A stretch of 64,000 nt of DNA. Origin: an uncultured delta proteobacterium (lineage in GTDB: Bacteria > Desulfobacterota > Desulfobaccia > Desulfobaccales > 0-14-0-80-60-11). The first letter of the stretch is position 1. Every line of letters starts with the position of its first letter. Below the pieces are notes generated by a model. That model had not been told where the DNA came from, ran no database searches, and was given only the letters and a program-made list of their open reading frames with translations. The stretch spans positions 229,114-293,113 of the forward strand of contig CAWCOX010000008.1 in the NCBI GenBank assembly GCA_963797235.1, given 5' to 3'. A program made the translations under genes and the position numbers. Positions 1 to 9,987 of this stretch are shown piece by piece.

Positions 1-342
1 TCAGTAGCCTACCCCGGGGTGTTTACCTCCAACTTGTTGACCGGTACGATAACTGCTACCAGCGGTTTTTTCCTAAGTGGCGGTTCGGGTTCACTGATCG
101 TGGGCCCCACCAACAATTCTTTCAGTGTTTCCGGCCCGCAGGGCGGCACCTTGACCGGCACCGGCTCCCTGCAGGCAAGCGCGGTGAGCGGGGCACAAAC
201 GACTGCCATCAACCTTTCCGGGCCGGTGAGCATTGCCCCCACCGGGGCCATGACCTTCACCCCCACGGGCACTTTTACCGTCTCCGGTGGCTCTCCCACC
301 GCTTCCGGCACCGTCACCAACGTCACCGCGACGTCACACTGA
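1..342 (+). CDS. 3' end of a Thr/Ser/Gly-rich, beta-strand-rich protein (5'-truncated by window edge), likely extracytoplasmic
   Basis: Frame 1 is open from base 1 (SVAYPGVFTSNLLTGTITATSG...) to TGA at 340-342; S/T/G-rich alternating pattern. Confidence 0.6.
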   Translation, partial: SVAYPGVFTSNLLTGTITATSGFFLSGGSGSLIVGPTNNSFSVSGPQGGTLTGTGSLQASAVSGAQTTAINLSGPVSIAPTGAMTFTPTGTFTVSGGSPTASGTVTNVTATSH

Positions 343-626
343 TCTGTACATCTCGAGGCCCAGGGGTTATTCCTGAAACCGGAGCCTGCCCGCGCTCGCG
401 CCCATTTTATTCGCCAGCACGGCTCAGCCGCCTCGCAAAATTAGCTATCACCTCGACCCCAAAACACGCTATTATCCCTTCAAAAGAAACTTATTTTTCC
501 AGGGTAGTTTATTTCGTCGCCGCGGGCTTCAGCCTGGGCTGTTTGGCTGGCGGTCCGGCCTGCGGTGGCATTGTATCTGCTGAATTTGCGGCGCTTCAGC
601 CTTCCCAGGCAGGAGACTCTCGAACC

Positions 627-2882
627 ATGATCAGACGTCTGGCCGGCTTCTTGAAATCGCCCGTCGTCATTTGGGTAGGCGGGGTCACCCTGGTGATGTG
701 GATCCTGCTCCTTTGGCGTCCCAACTTCACCGAGTTCATCGAACTGAAGCTCTACGACCTGAAATTCCGCTTCCGGGGAGAGCGGCCGCCGTCCTCGGAG
801 GTGGTCATCCTGGCCATCGACGACGAGAGCCTCAAAAAGGTGGGCCGCTGGCCCTGGTCCCGGAGCGACATCGCCCGGCTGATCAAGATGGTGAAAGCCG
901 CCGGCCCCCGGGTCGTCGCCCTGGACATTATCTTTGCCGAGAAAGAGGAAACCGGGGCCTTGAAGGCGGTGACCAGCCTGCGCCAGGAATTCACCCGAAA
1001 AGGCGTAACCTCTCCGGAGATCCTAAGTCTGCTGGCCCAGGAGGAACAGCGGGCCGACGTTGATCGCCAACTGGCCAAGGCTATCAAGGAAGGCCCGCCC
1101 ACGGTCCTGGGCTTTTACTTCCGGGGGGTGGGGGGGACCGCCGGGGGCGTTACCCCGGAGAGGCTGATGGGCGCCAATTTTACCCGGGCTTCCACTTATA
1201 ACATGGTGCGCTCGCTGGATAACGTGCCTTCCAGGGTGCCCCTCCTGGGCGCCGCCGGGGTGGAGGTCAACCTCCCGGAAATGCTTGAAGCCGCAGCCGG
1301 GAACGGCTATTTCAACATGGTGCCGGATGTGGACGGCACCGTCCGCTGGTTCCCCCTCACCATCCTCTACGGCTCCGACTTTTTCGCCCCCGAAGCCCTG
1401 GTCGCGCTGGACCATTACCGGGGCCGCCCGCCCCTGGCCATCACCCTGGCCCGCCTGGGCATAGAGGAGATTCGCGTCGGCAGGCAGTCCATCCCGGTGG
1501 ACCGCCACGGCCGGGTGCTGCTCAATTATCTGGGCCCCACCGGGACGATTCCCACTTACTCGGCGGCGGCGATCCTGGACGGCAGTCTGCCGGCTCGGGT
1601 CCTCAAGGACAAGATCGTGATGGTGGGCGCCACCGCGGTGGGTATTTACGACCTCCGGGTCACCCCCTTTTCCGGCATCTTTCCCGGGGTGGAGGTCCAG
1701 GCCACGGCCATCGACAACCTGCTGAAGAACGACTTCATCCGCTACTCTGATTATGGCCTGCTGCGAATACTGCTGATCATCCTGGCTCTGGGGATCCTGT
1801 TGGGGGTGTTGCTGCAAAGGTTGTCAGCGGTTTGGGGGTTTATCGTCGCCCTGGGACTCCTCGAAATTTTTACGCTGATCAACTATTTCCTGTTCAGCCG
1901 ATTCGACCTCTACCTGGAGCTCTTCTATCCCACGCTGGGCATCACCCTGATCTATGTGGGCATCTCCATGCAGCAGTTCTTGCATGAAGAGCAGGAACGG
2001 GAGCGGGTCCGCAAGGCCTTCGAATCCTATGTCGCCCCCGCCATCGTCCAGGAGATGCTGAAGCACCCCGAACAGCTCCGCCTGGGGGGTGAGCGCCGGC
2101 AGATTACCCTCCTGTTCACCGACATCCGGGGTTTTACCACCATATCGGAAAATCTGGAAAATGACCCTCAATCCCTGGTGAGAATGCTGCACGATTTTTT
2201 GAACCCCATGAGCAATATCATCATCAACCATGGCGGCACCATCGACAAGTACATGGGGGACGCCATCATGGCCCTGTTCGGCGCCCCGCTGATTCAGCCG
2301 GACCATGCCCGCCTGGCCTGCCGGGCCGCTCTGGATATGACCATCGCCTTGAAAAATCTGAACGCCCACTGGCAGACCATGGGTCGTCCGCTGATCAGAA
2401 TCGGGGTGGGGGTTAACTCCGGACCGGTTACCGTGGGCAACCTGGGCTCCGACCGGCTGTTCGACTACACCGCGGTGGGCGACAACGTCAACCTGGCCTC
2501 CCGCCTGGAAGGCTTGAACAAGTATTACGGCACCAGCATCCTCATCAGCCAGACCACTGCCGAACTCATCGGAGGCGGCTTCATCCTGCGGGAAGTGGAC
2601 CGGGTGCAGGTCAAGGGCAAGGCCCAGGCCGCCGGCATCTTCGAGGTGATGGGCGAAGGCGAGGCGGCCCCGGCATTGACCCGGTTCCTGGACTCTTTCC
2701 ACCAGGGCCTGGCCCTCTACCGGGAGCGGCGCTGGCCGGAGAGCCTGGCCGCCTTCGCCGCGGCCCTGGAAGAGCACCCCGAAGACGGCGCTTCCTTGCG
2801 CTATCAGAAGCTGGTGCAGCAGCTTATCGCGGCTCCCCCCGGCCCCGAGTGGGAAGGGGTGACGGTGATGGACGGGAAATAA
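627..2882 (+). CDS. CHASE2-domain class III adenylate cyclase
   Basis: CHASE2 motifs (VVILAIDDESL, GRWPWSR, VVALDIIFAE, FPGVEVQA), TM helices, catalytic FTDIRGFT, IDKYMGD, YTAVGDNVNLASRLE; AGGAG upstream of ATG 627. Confidence 0.92.
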   Translation: MIRRLAGFLKSPVVIWVGGVTLVMWILLLWRPNFTEFIELKLYDLKFRFRGERPPSSEVVILAIDDESLKKVGRWPWSRSDIARLIKMVKAAGPRVVALDIIFAEKEETGALKAVTSLRQEFTRKGVTSPEILSLLAQEEQRADVDRQLAKAIKEGPPTVLGFYFRGVGGTAGGVTPERLMGANFTRASTYNMVRSLDNVPSRVPLLGAAGVEVNLPEMLEAAAGNGYFNMVPDVDGTVRWFPLTILYGSDFFAPEALVALDHYRGRPPLAITLARLGIEEIRVGRQSIPVDRHGRVLLNYLGPTGTIPTYSAAAILDGSLPARVLKDKIVMVGATAVGIYDLRVTPFSGIFPGVEVQATAIDNLLKNDFIRYSDYGLLRILLIILALGILLGVLLQRLSAVWGFIVALGLLEIFTLINYFLFSRFDLYLELFYPTLGITLIYVGISMQQFLHEEQERERVRKAFESYVAPAIVQEMLKHPEQLRLGGERRQITLLFTDIRGFTTISENLENDPQSLVRMLHDFLNPMSNIIINHGGTIDKYMGDAIMALFGAPLIQPDHARLACRAALDMTIALKNLNAHWQTMGRPLIRIGVGVNSGPVTVGNLGSDRLFDYTAVGDNVNLASRLEGLNKYYGTSILISQTTAELIGGGFILREVDRVQVKGKAQAAGIFEVMGEGEAAPALTRFLDSFHQGLALYRERRWPESLAAFAAALEEHPEDGASLRYQKLVQQLIAAPPGPEWEGVTVMDGK

Positions 2883-3137
2883 GTTTCGAGTTCCAAGTTT
2901 CTTGGAAAGCCTGGGCTGCCGGGTCCAGCAAGCGGTGCCTCTACCGGGTGGCAGGGAACCGGAGAGCACCCATTAAACTGAAAAAAACCGGAACTTGGAA
3001 CTGTCCTTTTGTGGTCCGCCCCCGAAAATTTATCCCGGAACCATAAAAGCGCCTAGCAAAACGCCGCACCAGCTATCTAATTATCAGAAGCGGGAGATCT
3101 GCCGCTTGTTGGGAAAAAAATCCGCTTGGAGCCAAAT

Positions 3138-3614
3138 ATGAAAAAACTGATCACTCTCTTGATGTTGGCCATCGTGTTAGCCGGAGGCGCGCTCGCAGCT
3201 CTGCCGGCGGCCTCCCAGGCCCAGGGTTATCCGCCTCCGGTCGTGCGACCGGTCGCTACCCCCTGGGTCGGGCCCAGCACCCCGTGGGTCTTTTACAACG
3301 GCGACTGGTTCCTGAACGGCGTCCTGCAGTACAATTTCGGCCCCAGATACGGCTGGGCCCCGTATTACGCCTATCCTCAAACCTATGTCGTCAGACCCGG
3401 CAACTGGTACGGGCCCAAATGGCATGACTGGTATCGGACCCATCCGGTTTACTGGGACAATTTTAATCGCAGTTACCCCCATTGGCGCACCCACCAAGTC
3501 GGCCACCATTATGACCAGAATTTCTATGAGCGGTATCACCACGGTCAGGGCGGCGGTTGGCATTATGGCGAGCATGGTGAGCATGGCGGGCACGGCTGGC
3601 ACGGGGACCACTGA
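3138..3614 (+). CDS. Secreted Trp/Tyr/Pro-rich protein with His/Gly-rich tail, function unknown
   Basis: Signal peptide MKKLITLLMLAIVLAGGALAALPAASQA; C-terminus HHGQGGGWHYGEHGEHGGHGWHGDH. Confidence 0.75.
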   Translation: MKKLITLLMLAIVLAGGALAALPAASQAQGYPPPVVRPVATPWVGPSTPWVFYNGDWFLNGVLQYNFGPRYGWAPYYAYPQTYVVRPGNWYGPKWHDWYRTHPVYWDNFNRSYPHWRTHQVGHHYDQNFYERYHHGQGGGWHYGEHGEHGGHGWHGDH

Positions 3615-3701
3615 GCAGACGACGTGACCCTAAATCCGGAGGAGGGTCAAAGGTCTTAGGCCGGTCCGGCCGACCTGCCCTCCTCCTTAGTCCCCGGAAC
3701 C

Positions 3702-4340
3702 TTGGATATGATGGCAATAAGATTAGGAAAACCAGGAAGATTTGCCCTGGGCCTGGCCGGGTTGCTGGTCGCCCTGGTGGTTGGCGCGGGCTGTGGCCCA
3801 TATCCACTGCAGCCGTCCCAGACCCAGGCCTATCCGGCCCAACCGTATCCGCCGCCGGCCTGGGGTACCCAGGCCCCGGTCCAGCCCCGGTCCCGAGGCT
3901 CGGTGGACCTCGGGGAGGTGGAAGACCGGATCTGGCGCTTCACCAATGAGGTCCGCCGGCAATACGGCCTGCCCCCGGTGGGGCGGGCAGGCGCCCTCAC
4001 CAGGGTCTCCCAGGCCTACTCCTCAGACATGCTGGTCCGCCGCTTCTTCAGCCATACCAACCCCGAGGGCCTGACCGCCGGCGAGCGCCTCAAAGCCTTC
4101 TACTCCGGCCCCATTTACGGCTGGGGGGAGAACATCTGGGAAGGCTCCGGCCTGTCGGCCGGCGACCGCGAGGCCCTGGCCCGGCGCATCATGGATGGCT
4201 GGATGTCCAGCCCCGGCCACCGGCAGAACATTCTCTGCCCGGACTACACCCACCTGGGCGTGGGCGTCGCGGCCCGGGGCCCGGAGATCCGCGCCACCCA
4301 ACTATTCGCCACGCTGCCGCCTCAGCACCAGGGATTTTAA
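3702..4340 (+). CDS. CAP/SCP domain (YkwD-like) lipoprotein
   Basis: Lipobox-like GAGC; TNEVRRQYGL, FFSHTNPEG, GENIW, WMSSPGHRQNIL; exact start uncertain. Confidence 0.88.
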   Translation: MDMMAIRLGKPGRFALGLAGLLVALVVGAGCGPYPLQPSQTQAYPAQPYPPPAWGTQAPVQPRSRGSVDLGEVEDRIWRFTNEVRRQYGLPPVGRAGALTRVSQAYSSDMLVRRFFSHTNPEGLTAGERLKAFYSGPIYGWGENIWEGSGLSAGDREALARRIMDGWMSSPGHRQNILCPDYTHLGVGVAARGPEIRATQLFATLPPQHQGF

Positions 4341-4419
4341 AACTCCCGGGAATCTGCTTGTCCGGTTCCGCCCCGATCTGTTATGATCTGAAGAAATAAA
4401 CCGCAGATCATCTGGAGAA

Positions 4420-6069
4420 ATGGCTAAAAAATCGAAAATCAGCCAAGAGAAGAGTGGACCTTCGATGCAGCCGCCGAGCCGCTTCCGGCAGTATGAAGCC
4501 CTAATCTTCATCACCGGGGCCATCACCCTGTCCCTGGAAGTCCTGGCGTCCCGGATCATGACCCCCTATTTTGGCGTCAGTCTCTATATCTGGGCCGGCA
4601 TTCTCTCCATCACCCTGATCTTCCTGGCCCTGGGCTACCAATGGGGCGGTCAGATTTCCCGGCGCCGGGACCGAGACGCCTTGCAGTTTTTAATGCTGGC
4701 CGCACCCCTAGCGGGGGCGCTGTCCATTGTCCTGGCCACGGCCATCTACCCCGCGGTCTTTCCCCTGCTGACCGCCATCAATCTGGTCATTGCCAGTTTT
4801 TTGGGAGGCACCATCCTGCTGGCCTTGCCGCTGATGGTCCTGTCCGCCATGAACCCGCTGCTCATCGCCTATGGCCGTGACGCCCGGGCCACCGGCGACG
4901 GCGGCGCCGGCCGTATCTTCTTTATCAGCACCGTGGGCTCGGTGGCGGGAGTCTTGCTCACCGCCTTCCTGATTATCCCCCGTCTCACCAATTTTCGGGC
5001 CCTGTTGTGGCTGAGCCTCGGCCTGGGACTGGCGGCGGGCGGCCTGGCCTGGTTCAATCGGGAGATCCCCGGGCGCCGGAAGCGGCTCCTGGTGGGCGGC
5101 TGCGTGCTCGTCGCCCTGCTGAGCGGCGGCCTGCTGGCGGCCCAGCGCCCTTATCTCCGGCTGCTTGCCGGGATGAGCGACATCGGCCGGGACATCAAGG
5201 TGCTGGCCGAATACACCTCGATGTTCGGCAATATCAAGGTCCTGGAAGTCTATCCCGAAAACCGGGAGAGGCAGCCGGCCAGGGCCTACCTGCAGGACGG
5301 CATCATTCAGAACATGGTGCAGGCCGACGGGACCGTGTTGGACCACACCGAGTTCATGCTGCGCCTGAGCCAGGCCTATGCCCCCAAGGCCGAGAACGCC
5401 CTGGTCCTGGGCATGGCCGCCGGCATCATCCCGCGCAACCTCCAGCGGCAAGGGCTTAAGGTCACCGCGGTGGAAATTAACCCCAACTCCCTGCAGGCGG
5501 CCGAGGAATTTTTCGACTTCGACCCCCGGCAGATCGACATCCATATCGAAGACGCCCGGACCTTCGTCCGCCGCCACCGAGACGCCTACGACCTGGTGAT
5601 CACCGACCTGTTCCAGGGAGATTGCACTCCGGATTATCTATTGACCGTGGAGTTCTTCCGGGAAGTGCAGGCCTCCTTGCGGCCTCAAGGCGTGGTGATC
5701 ATCAATACCTACTTTGATCCCAATAACGACGCGGCCGACGACACCATCATGGCCACGGTGGCCGCGGTTTTTCCTCACGTCCTGGAGCTGCGCTCCCCCT
5801 CTTCCGCCGGCCTGGTCAGCAGCGCCTGCCTGGTGGCGGCCAACAGCCCCCTCGAGCCCTCGGTGGCCGTCAACCTGGCCGACAGCGGGCCCATGCCGCC
5901 CAAAGATTATCAGACCCTGAAGGCCGCCAGGATCGTGGATCGAACCAAGCTGAAGGACATCCAACCGGTGACCGACGACCACAATATCTTTTCGATTGTA
6001 TTTGCCAGCAGCCAATTGCGTTACCGCAAACAATTCAATCAGTTGCCCCCGAACCTGCTGGTTAATTAA
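4420..6069 (+). CDS. Fused membrane (MFS-like)/spermidine synthase-like SAM-dependent protein
   Basis: LEVLASRIMTPYFGVSLYIW, STVGSVAG, TM helices, then LVLGMAAG, VEINP, EDARTF, YDLVITDLF. Confidence 0.85.
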   Translation: MAKKSKISQEKSGPSMQPPSRFRQYEALIFITGAITLSLEVLASRIMTPYFGVSLYIWAGILSITLIFLALGYQWGGQISRRRDRDALQFLMLAAPLAGALSIVLATAIYPAVFPLLTAINLVIASFLGGTILLALPLMVLSAMNPLLIAYGRDARATGDGGAGRIFFISTVGSVAGVLLTAFLIIPRLTNFRALLWLSLGLGLAAGGLAWFNREIPGRRKRLLVGGCVLVALLSGGLLAAQRPYLRLLAGMSDIGRDIKVLAEYTSMFGNIKVLEVYPENRERQPARAYLQDGIIQNMVQADGTVLDHTEFMLRLSQAYAPKAENALVLGMAAGIIPRNLQRQGLKVTAVEINPNSLQAAEEFFDFDPRQIDIHIEDARTFVRRHRDAYDLVITDLFQGDCTPDYLLTVEFFREVQASLRPQGVVIINTYFDPNNDAADDTIMATVAAVFPHVLELRSPSSAGLVSSACLVAANSPLEPSVAVNLADSGPMPPKDYQTLKAARIVDRTKLKDIQPVTDDHNIFSIVFASSQLRYRKQFNQLPPNLLVN

Positions 6070-6284
6070 GCCCCACCACCGCCGGCGTCTGAGACAGAAA
6101 TCCCCCCAAAGTTACCCGCAATTCTCATCCAGTGCCAAGCATCCTGTCAAATCTTTCCTTTAGAAAAATTTTGTGCTATATTCCCGAAAGAATTAGCCCC
6201 GCAGAGCCTTGGAGTGAGTAGGTTTTTTCGGGGAAGGGCCTCTTTCGATTTGCGCTCATAGAAGTAAGAAAAGCTTCTAATCTC

Positions 6285-6339
6285 GGGGAGTACCTGCGTG
6301 TGCGCCCGCAATCAGGGCGGACACATAGGTCCGCCCTAC
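6285..6339. repeat. REP doublet (REPIN), GTAG family A
   Basis: TACCTGCGTGTGCGCCC...AGGGCGGACACATAGGTCCGCCCTAC, near-identical to 9923, 15706 and 30783. Confidence 0.8.
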
Positions 6340-6397
6340 AATACTGGTCGCCGGTGGGCGGCGACGGTGATTGACCGGAACGGGAAAGGAGAGGAGG

Positions 6398-7849
6398 ATG
6401 CCGCAGCGTCTTGAAGACTTGCAGGATCAGTATGAGCAACTCTTTCGGGATTGCCAAATTGTTGATGCCGGCAAACAACAGGAGGTGGACAACGCCATCG
6501 CGGCCATGCAGGCGCCCCAGGCCAGATATGCCGCCCTGGCGGATCGGGCGGGCGTACCCTGGTACTTCGTCGCCGTGGTGCATCAGCGGGAGGGTTCGGG
6601 AAATTTCAGCCAGAGCGTCCGCGACGGCCACCGCCTGCCGGCCGGTCTCAGTTGGGAGGACGACGCCCTGGCCGTGATGCAGGAGCAGTGCGGCGGCTGG
6701 CACGATTGGAGTCTGCCGGGGCTGCTCTACCGGCTGGAAGCCTACAACGGCTTCGGCTACCGCCAATATCAGATCAACTCCCCGTATCTCTGGAGTTTTG
6801 CCACTTGCTATACCAAGGGTAAATTTGTGGCGGATGGCAGGTTTGATCCCGATCAGGTAGATAAACAGCCGGGAACGGCGGTCATCCTGCACCGCATGGT
6901 GGCGCAGGGTCTGATCACCATCCCGGGGGCCACGGTCTCTCCGGCGGGGGCCACGGTTTCCCCGGCGGCGCCCACCTCTGAGGCGCCCGCCATCCCGGCA
7001 CCCGCCGCCCCGGCCGCTCCGCCCTCAGGCCGCACCTACGTGGTGCAGCCCGGCGACACCTTGTCCGGCATCGCCGCGGCCTATGACCTGTCCTGGCAGG
7101 AAATCTGGGAGGCCAATAAGGCTAAGATACCCAATCCGGATCTCATCCAGCCCGGGCAGGAACTCCTCATTCCGGGCGCCGCCCCGACTGGCGCACCCAC
7201 GGAGACGCCCCCCGAAACTGCACCCCAGACCACGGTCTATACCGTCAAGGCCGGCGACACCTTGCCGCAGATCGCCCAAGACCACGGGCTCTCCCTGGCC
7301 GGCCTGCTGGAGCTCAATCCCAACCTGATCAAGGCCGGTATGGCGCTGCTGGTGCCGGCGCCGGCCACGGCGAAACCAGCGCCGGCCACGGCAGGACCAG
7401 TGCCGGCCACTGCGGGACCGGGGCCAGCGCCGGCCGGCGATGCCGTGCCGCCCTGGTTGTTGATCGCTCGTCAGGAGGTCGGGGTTCACGAAAATTCGGC
7501 GCCGGGCCAGGACAATCCCCGCATCCTCGAATACCTGGAGTCCACCACCTATGATGGCGGGCTGACCGACGAGGTCCCCTGGTGCTCGGGCTTCGTCAAC
7601 TGGTGCGTTACCAAGGCCGGTCTGAAAGGCACTAACAGCGCCGCCGCCTCTTCCTGGCTCACCTGGGGCCAAAAGCTTGACCAGCCCCGACTCGGTTGCA
7701 TCACGGTCTTCAACCACCACGTCGGTTTTTACGCCGGAGCCGCGGGGGATCGTTTTCTTTTACTCGGGGGCAATCAGAGCAACGCGGTCAATACGGAACA
7801 TAAAGATCCAAGCGACGTGCTGGGCTACCGCTGGCCGGCCGCTACCTGA
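6398..7849 (+). CDS. Peptidoglycan hydrolase: lysozyme-like N-terminal domain, 2 LysM domains, TIGR02594-type NlpC/P60-like C-terminal domain
   Basis: VPWYFVAVVHQRE, LEAYNGFGY, SPYLWS, GKFVADG; YVVQPGDTLSGIA and YTVKAGDTLPQIA; PWCSGFVNW, HVGF, LGGNQSN; GAGGAGG RBS. Confidence 0.85.
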   Translation: MPQRLEDLQDQYEQLFRDCQIVDAGKQQEVDNAIAAMQAPQARYAALADRAGVPWYFVAVVHQREGSGNFSQSVRDGHRLPAGLSWEDDALAVMQEQCGGWHDWSLPGLLYRLEAYNGFGYRQYQINSPYLWSFATCYTKGKFVADGRFDPDQVDKQPGTAVILHRMVAQGLITIPGATVSPAGATVSPAAPTSEAPAIPAPAAPAAPPSGRTYVVQPGDTLSGIAAAYDLSWQEIWEANKAKIPNPDLIQPGQELLIPGAAPTGAPTETPPETAPQTTVYTVKAGDTLPQIAQDHGLSLAGLLELNPNLIKAGMALLVPAPATAKPAPATAGPVPATAGPGPAPAGDAVPPWLLIARQEVGVHENSAPGQDNPRILEYLESTTYDGGLTDEVPWCSGFVNWCVTKAGLKGTNSAAASSWLTWGQKLDQPRLGCITVFNHHVGFYAGAAGDRFLLLGGNQSNAVNTEHKDPSDVLGYRWPAAT

Positions 7850-7901
7850 AGCCAGGGGCTTTTCCCCGGGGGCGGTTGGCGAACCGCCCCTATAAAAGCG
7901 G

Positions 7902-8843
7902 TTATCCCCGCACTGCGGCCGCCAACTTCTCCAGACCCTCAGGGTTCTCCACGTTGAAGAAGCGTTCCTTGGGCTCTTCCGGCAGGATCTTGCGCACCAG
8001 GCCGGTGAGGACGTTTTTGGGCCCCACTTCCACCCAGGTGTCCACCCCGGCGGCCTTGAGGTTCAGGATCAGTTCGGCCCAACGCACCGGCGAGGTGAGC
8101 TGCCCGGACATGAGCTGGCGCAGATGCTCCGCATTGGTTTCCGGCGCCGCGGTGGCGTTGAGGTAGATGGGCAGTTGCGGCGCTTTGAAAGTCAGCTTTT
8201 CCAGCAAGGCGGTGAAATCCGCCGTGGCCCCGGCCATCAACGGGGAATGCCAGGCGCCGGAGACTTTGAGGGGGACCACCCGGGCGCCCTCGGCCTTGGC
8301 CAGGTTGCCGGCCTTGGCCACCAGCTCCGGGGTCCCGGAAACCACCGTCTGCTCCCGGGTGTTGAAGTTGGCCAAGCCGATGGGGCCTTCCTTGGTCAGG
8401 GGGTGGACCAGGCCCGTCAGTTTCTCCGCCGTCAGGCCGATGACCGCCACCATGGCGCCGGGATATTTCTGGGCTTCCCGCTGCATCAGGCGGCCCCGCT
8501 CCCGCACCGCCGCCAGGGTGTCCGCGGCGCTCAGCACCCCGGCGGCGCCCAGGGCGCTGTATTCCCCCAGGCTATGGCCGCACACCGCCCAGGGGGTGAT
8601 CCCGGCGGCTTGCAAGGCCTGAAAAACACAGAGATTGACCACCGTGATGGCCGGCTGCAGATTCACCGTCTCGGTGAGCTCTTCCATGGGGCCGTGAAAG
8701 ATCAGGCGTCTTAGGGACAGGCCGGTGGTCTCTTCGGCCAGATGGAATAAATCCCGAGCTTTAGGGTCCGACTGGTAAAAATCCTGGCCCATGCCCACGT
8801 ACTGGGAACCCTGGCCGGGGAAAATGAAAGCAATCTGGGACAT
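7902..8843 (-). CDS. fabD: Malonyl-CoA:ACP transacylase
   Basis: FPGQGSQYVGMG, GHSLGEYSA, VSGAWHS, EVGPKNVL. Confidence 0.96.
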   Translation of the reverse strand: MSQIAFIFPGQGSQYVGMGQDFYQSDPKARDLFHLAEETTGLSLRRLIFHGPMEELTETVNLQPAITVVNLCVFQALQAAGITPWAVCGHSLGEYSALGAAGVLSAADTLAAVRERGRLMQREAQKYPGAMVAVIGLTAEKLTGLVHPLTKEGPIGLANFNTREQTVVSGTPELVAKAGNLAKAEGARVVPLKVSGAWHSPLMAGATADFTALLEKLTFKAPQLPIYLNATAAPETNAEHLRQLMSGQLTSPVRWAELILNLKAAGVDTWVEVGPKNVLTGLVRKILPEEPKERFFNVENPEGLEKLAAAVRG

Positions 8844-8947
8844 GCTGCACCTCGACGAATTTAAGATAACGAGACAGCCTAATTTATCTCATACCGGACG
8901 GCGCCAGTGCAATAATTATGGAAGCCGCCGGCTTTAGCAAGAAAACC

Positions 8948-9022
8948 AAATCCCCCTAAATCCCCCTTTTTCAAAGGGGGACTTTAAACCCTACCTTTGA
9001 AAAATGGGAAGGGGGGTATTTT
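8948..9022. repeat. Palindromic intergenic repeat family B (AAATCCCCC...AAAGGGGG)
   Basis: Related copies at 13479-13554 and 40413-40485. Confidence 0.75.
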
Positions 9023-9057
9023 CATTCCCGGGTGAGACCAGCGTGGTTCATGAAGGT

Positions 9058-9714
9058 TCAGCCGCGCCGGAGCGCTGAGACAATCGCCTCCCTCAAGGCG
9101 CGGGCCGCGGCGCTGACGTCCGGGGCCGCGGTGACCGCACTCATCACCGCCGGGTGCCGGGCGCCTCGGGCCACCACCTGGGCGATGTTGCCCTGATTGA
9201 TGCCGCCCATGGTGCTCCAGGGAATCTTGAGGTACGGGGCAAGGCGGGAGATGGCCTCCACTCCCAGGGCAACGGCCTGAGGCTTGGTGGCGGTGGGGAA
9301 GATGGGGCCGAGATTGACGTAACTCGCCCCGGCCTCCTGGGCCGCCAGGGCCTCTTCCAGAGAATGGCTGGAGGCCCCGATAATCAGGTCGGGCGCCAGG
9401 CGCCGGGCCGCGGCCACGGGCAGGTCGGCCCGGCCCAGGTGGACGCCGTCCGCCGCGGCGGCCAGGGCCATGTCCAGCCGGTCATCGATAATCAACAAAG
9501 CCCCGGCCGCCTCAGTCCGGCGGCGGTATTCCAGCGCCAACTCATACAGCTCGCGGCCTCCCAGGTCCTTTTCCCGGAGTTGCACAATTCCTACCCCGGC
9601 GTCCAGAACCCGATCCAGGACCTCCAAAGCGGTGCGGCCGGCGCAAAAAGACGTGGTGATGACCACGTAGAGGTCGGCTCGCTCAAAAGCAGCCGTGCGT
9701 TGGGCCAGGTCCAT
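9058..9714 (-). CDS. thiE: Thiamine-phosphate synthase
   Basis: VQLREK, LIIDDR, DGVHLG, IGASSHS, GPIFPTATK, GGIN; ATG overlaps the thiS stop. Confidence 0.93.
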   Translation of the reverse strand: MDLAQRTAAFERADLYVVITTSFCAGRTALEVLDRVLDAGVGIVQLREKDLGGRELYELALEYRRRTEAAGALLIIDDRLDMALAAAADGVHLGRADLPVAAARRLAPDLIIGASSHSLEEALAAQEAGASYVNLGPIFPTATKPQAVALGVEAISRLAPYLKIPWSTMGGINQGNIAQVVARGARHPAVMSAVTAAPDVSAAARALREAIVSALRRG

Positions 9715-9911
9715 CAGCCGCCTCCCACCAGGCGCACCAGTTCCAGGACGTCGCCTGCGGCCAAAGGCGTGTCCCGGAAGGCCTCCCGGTCGACGATCTC
9801 CCGGTTGCGCTCCACCACGGTGCCTTGGGGGTGCAGGCCCAGTTCGGTGAGTAAGTCGAAGACCGTGGCCGCGCCAACTTCCCGGTATTCGCCGTTGATG
9901 GTCAGTTTCAC
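9714..9911 (-). CDS. thiS: Sulfur carrier protein
   Basis: GTG start after AGGGAGG; VKLTINGE...VVERNREIV...GDVLELVRLVGGG with C-terminal GG. Confidence 0.93.
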   Translation of the reverse strand: MKLTINGEYREVGAATVFDLLTELGLHPQGTVVERNREIVDREAFRDTPLAAGDVLELVRLVGGG

Positions 9912-9922
9912 TGCCTCCCTCC

Positions 9923-9976
9923 GTAGGGGCGCACCTGCGTGTGCGTCCGAGGGCGGACACATAGGTCCGCCCCTAC
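9923..9976. repeat. REP doublet (REPIN), GTAG family A
   Basis: GTAGGGGCGCACCTGCGTGTGCGTCC followed by inverted GGGCGGACACATAGGTCCGCCCCTAC. Confidence 0.85.
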
Positions 9977-9987
9977 AATGTTTTTCC

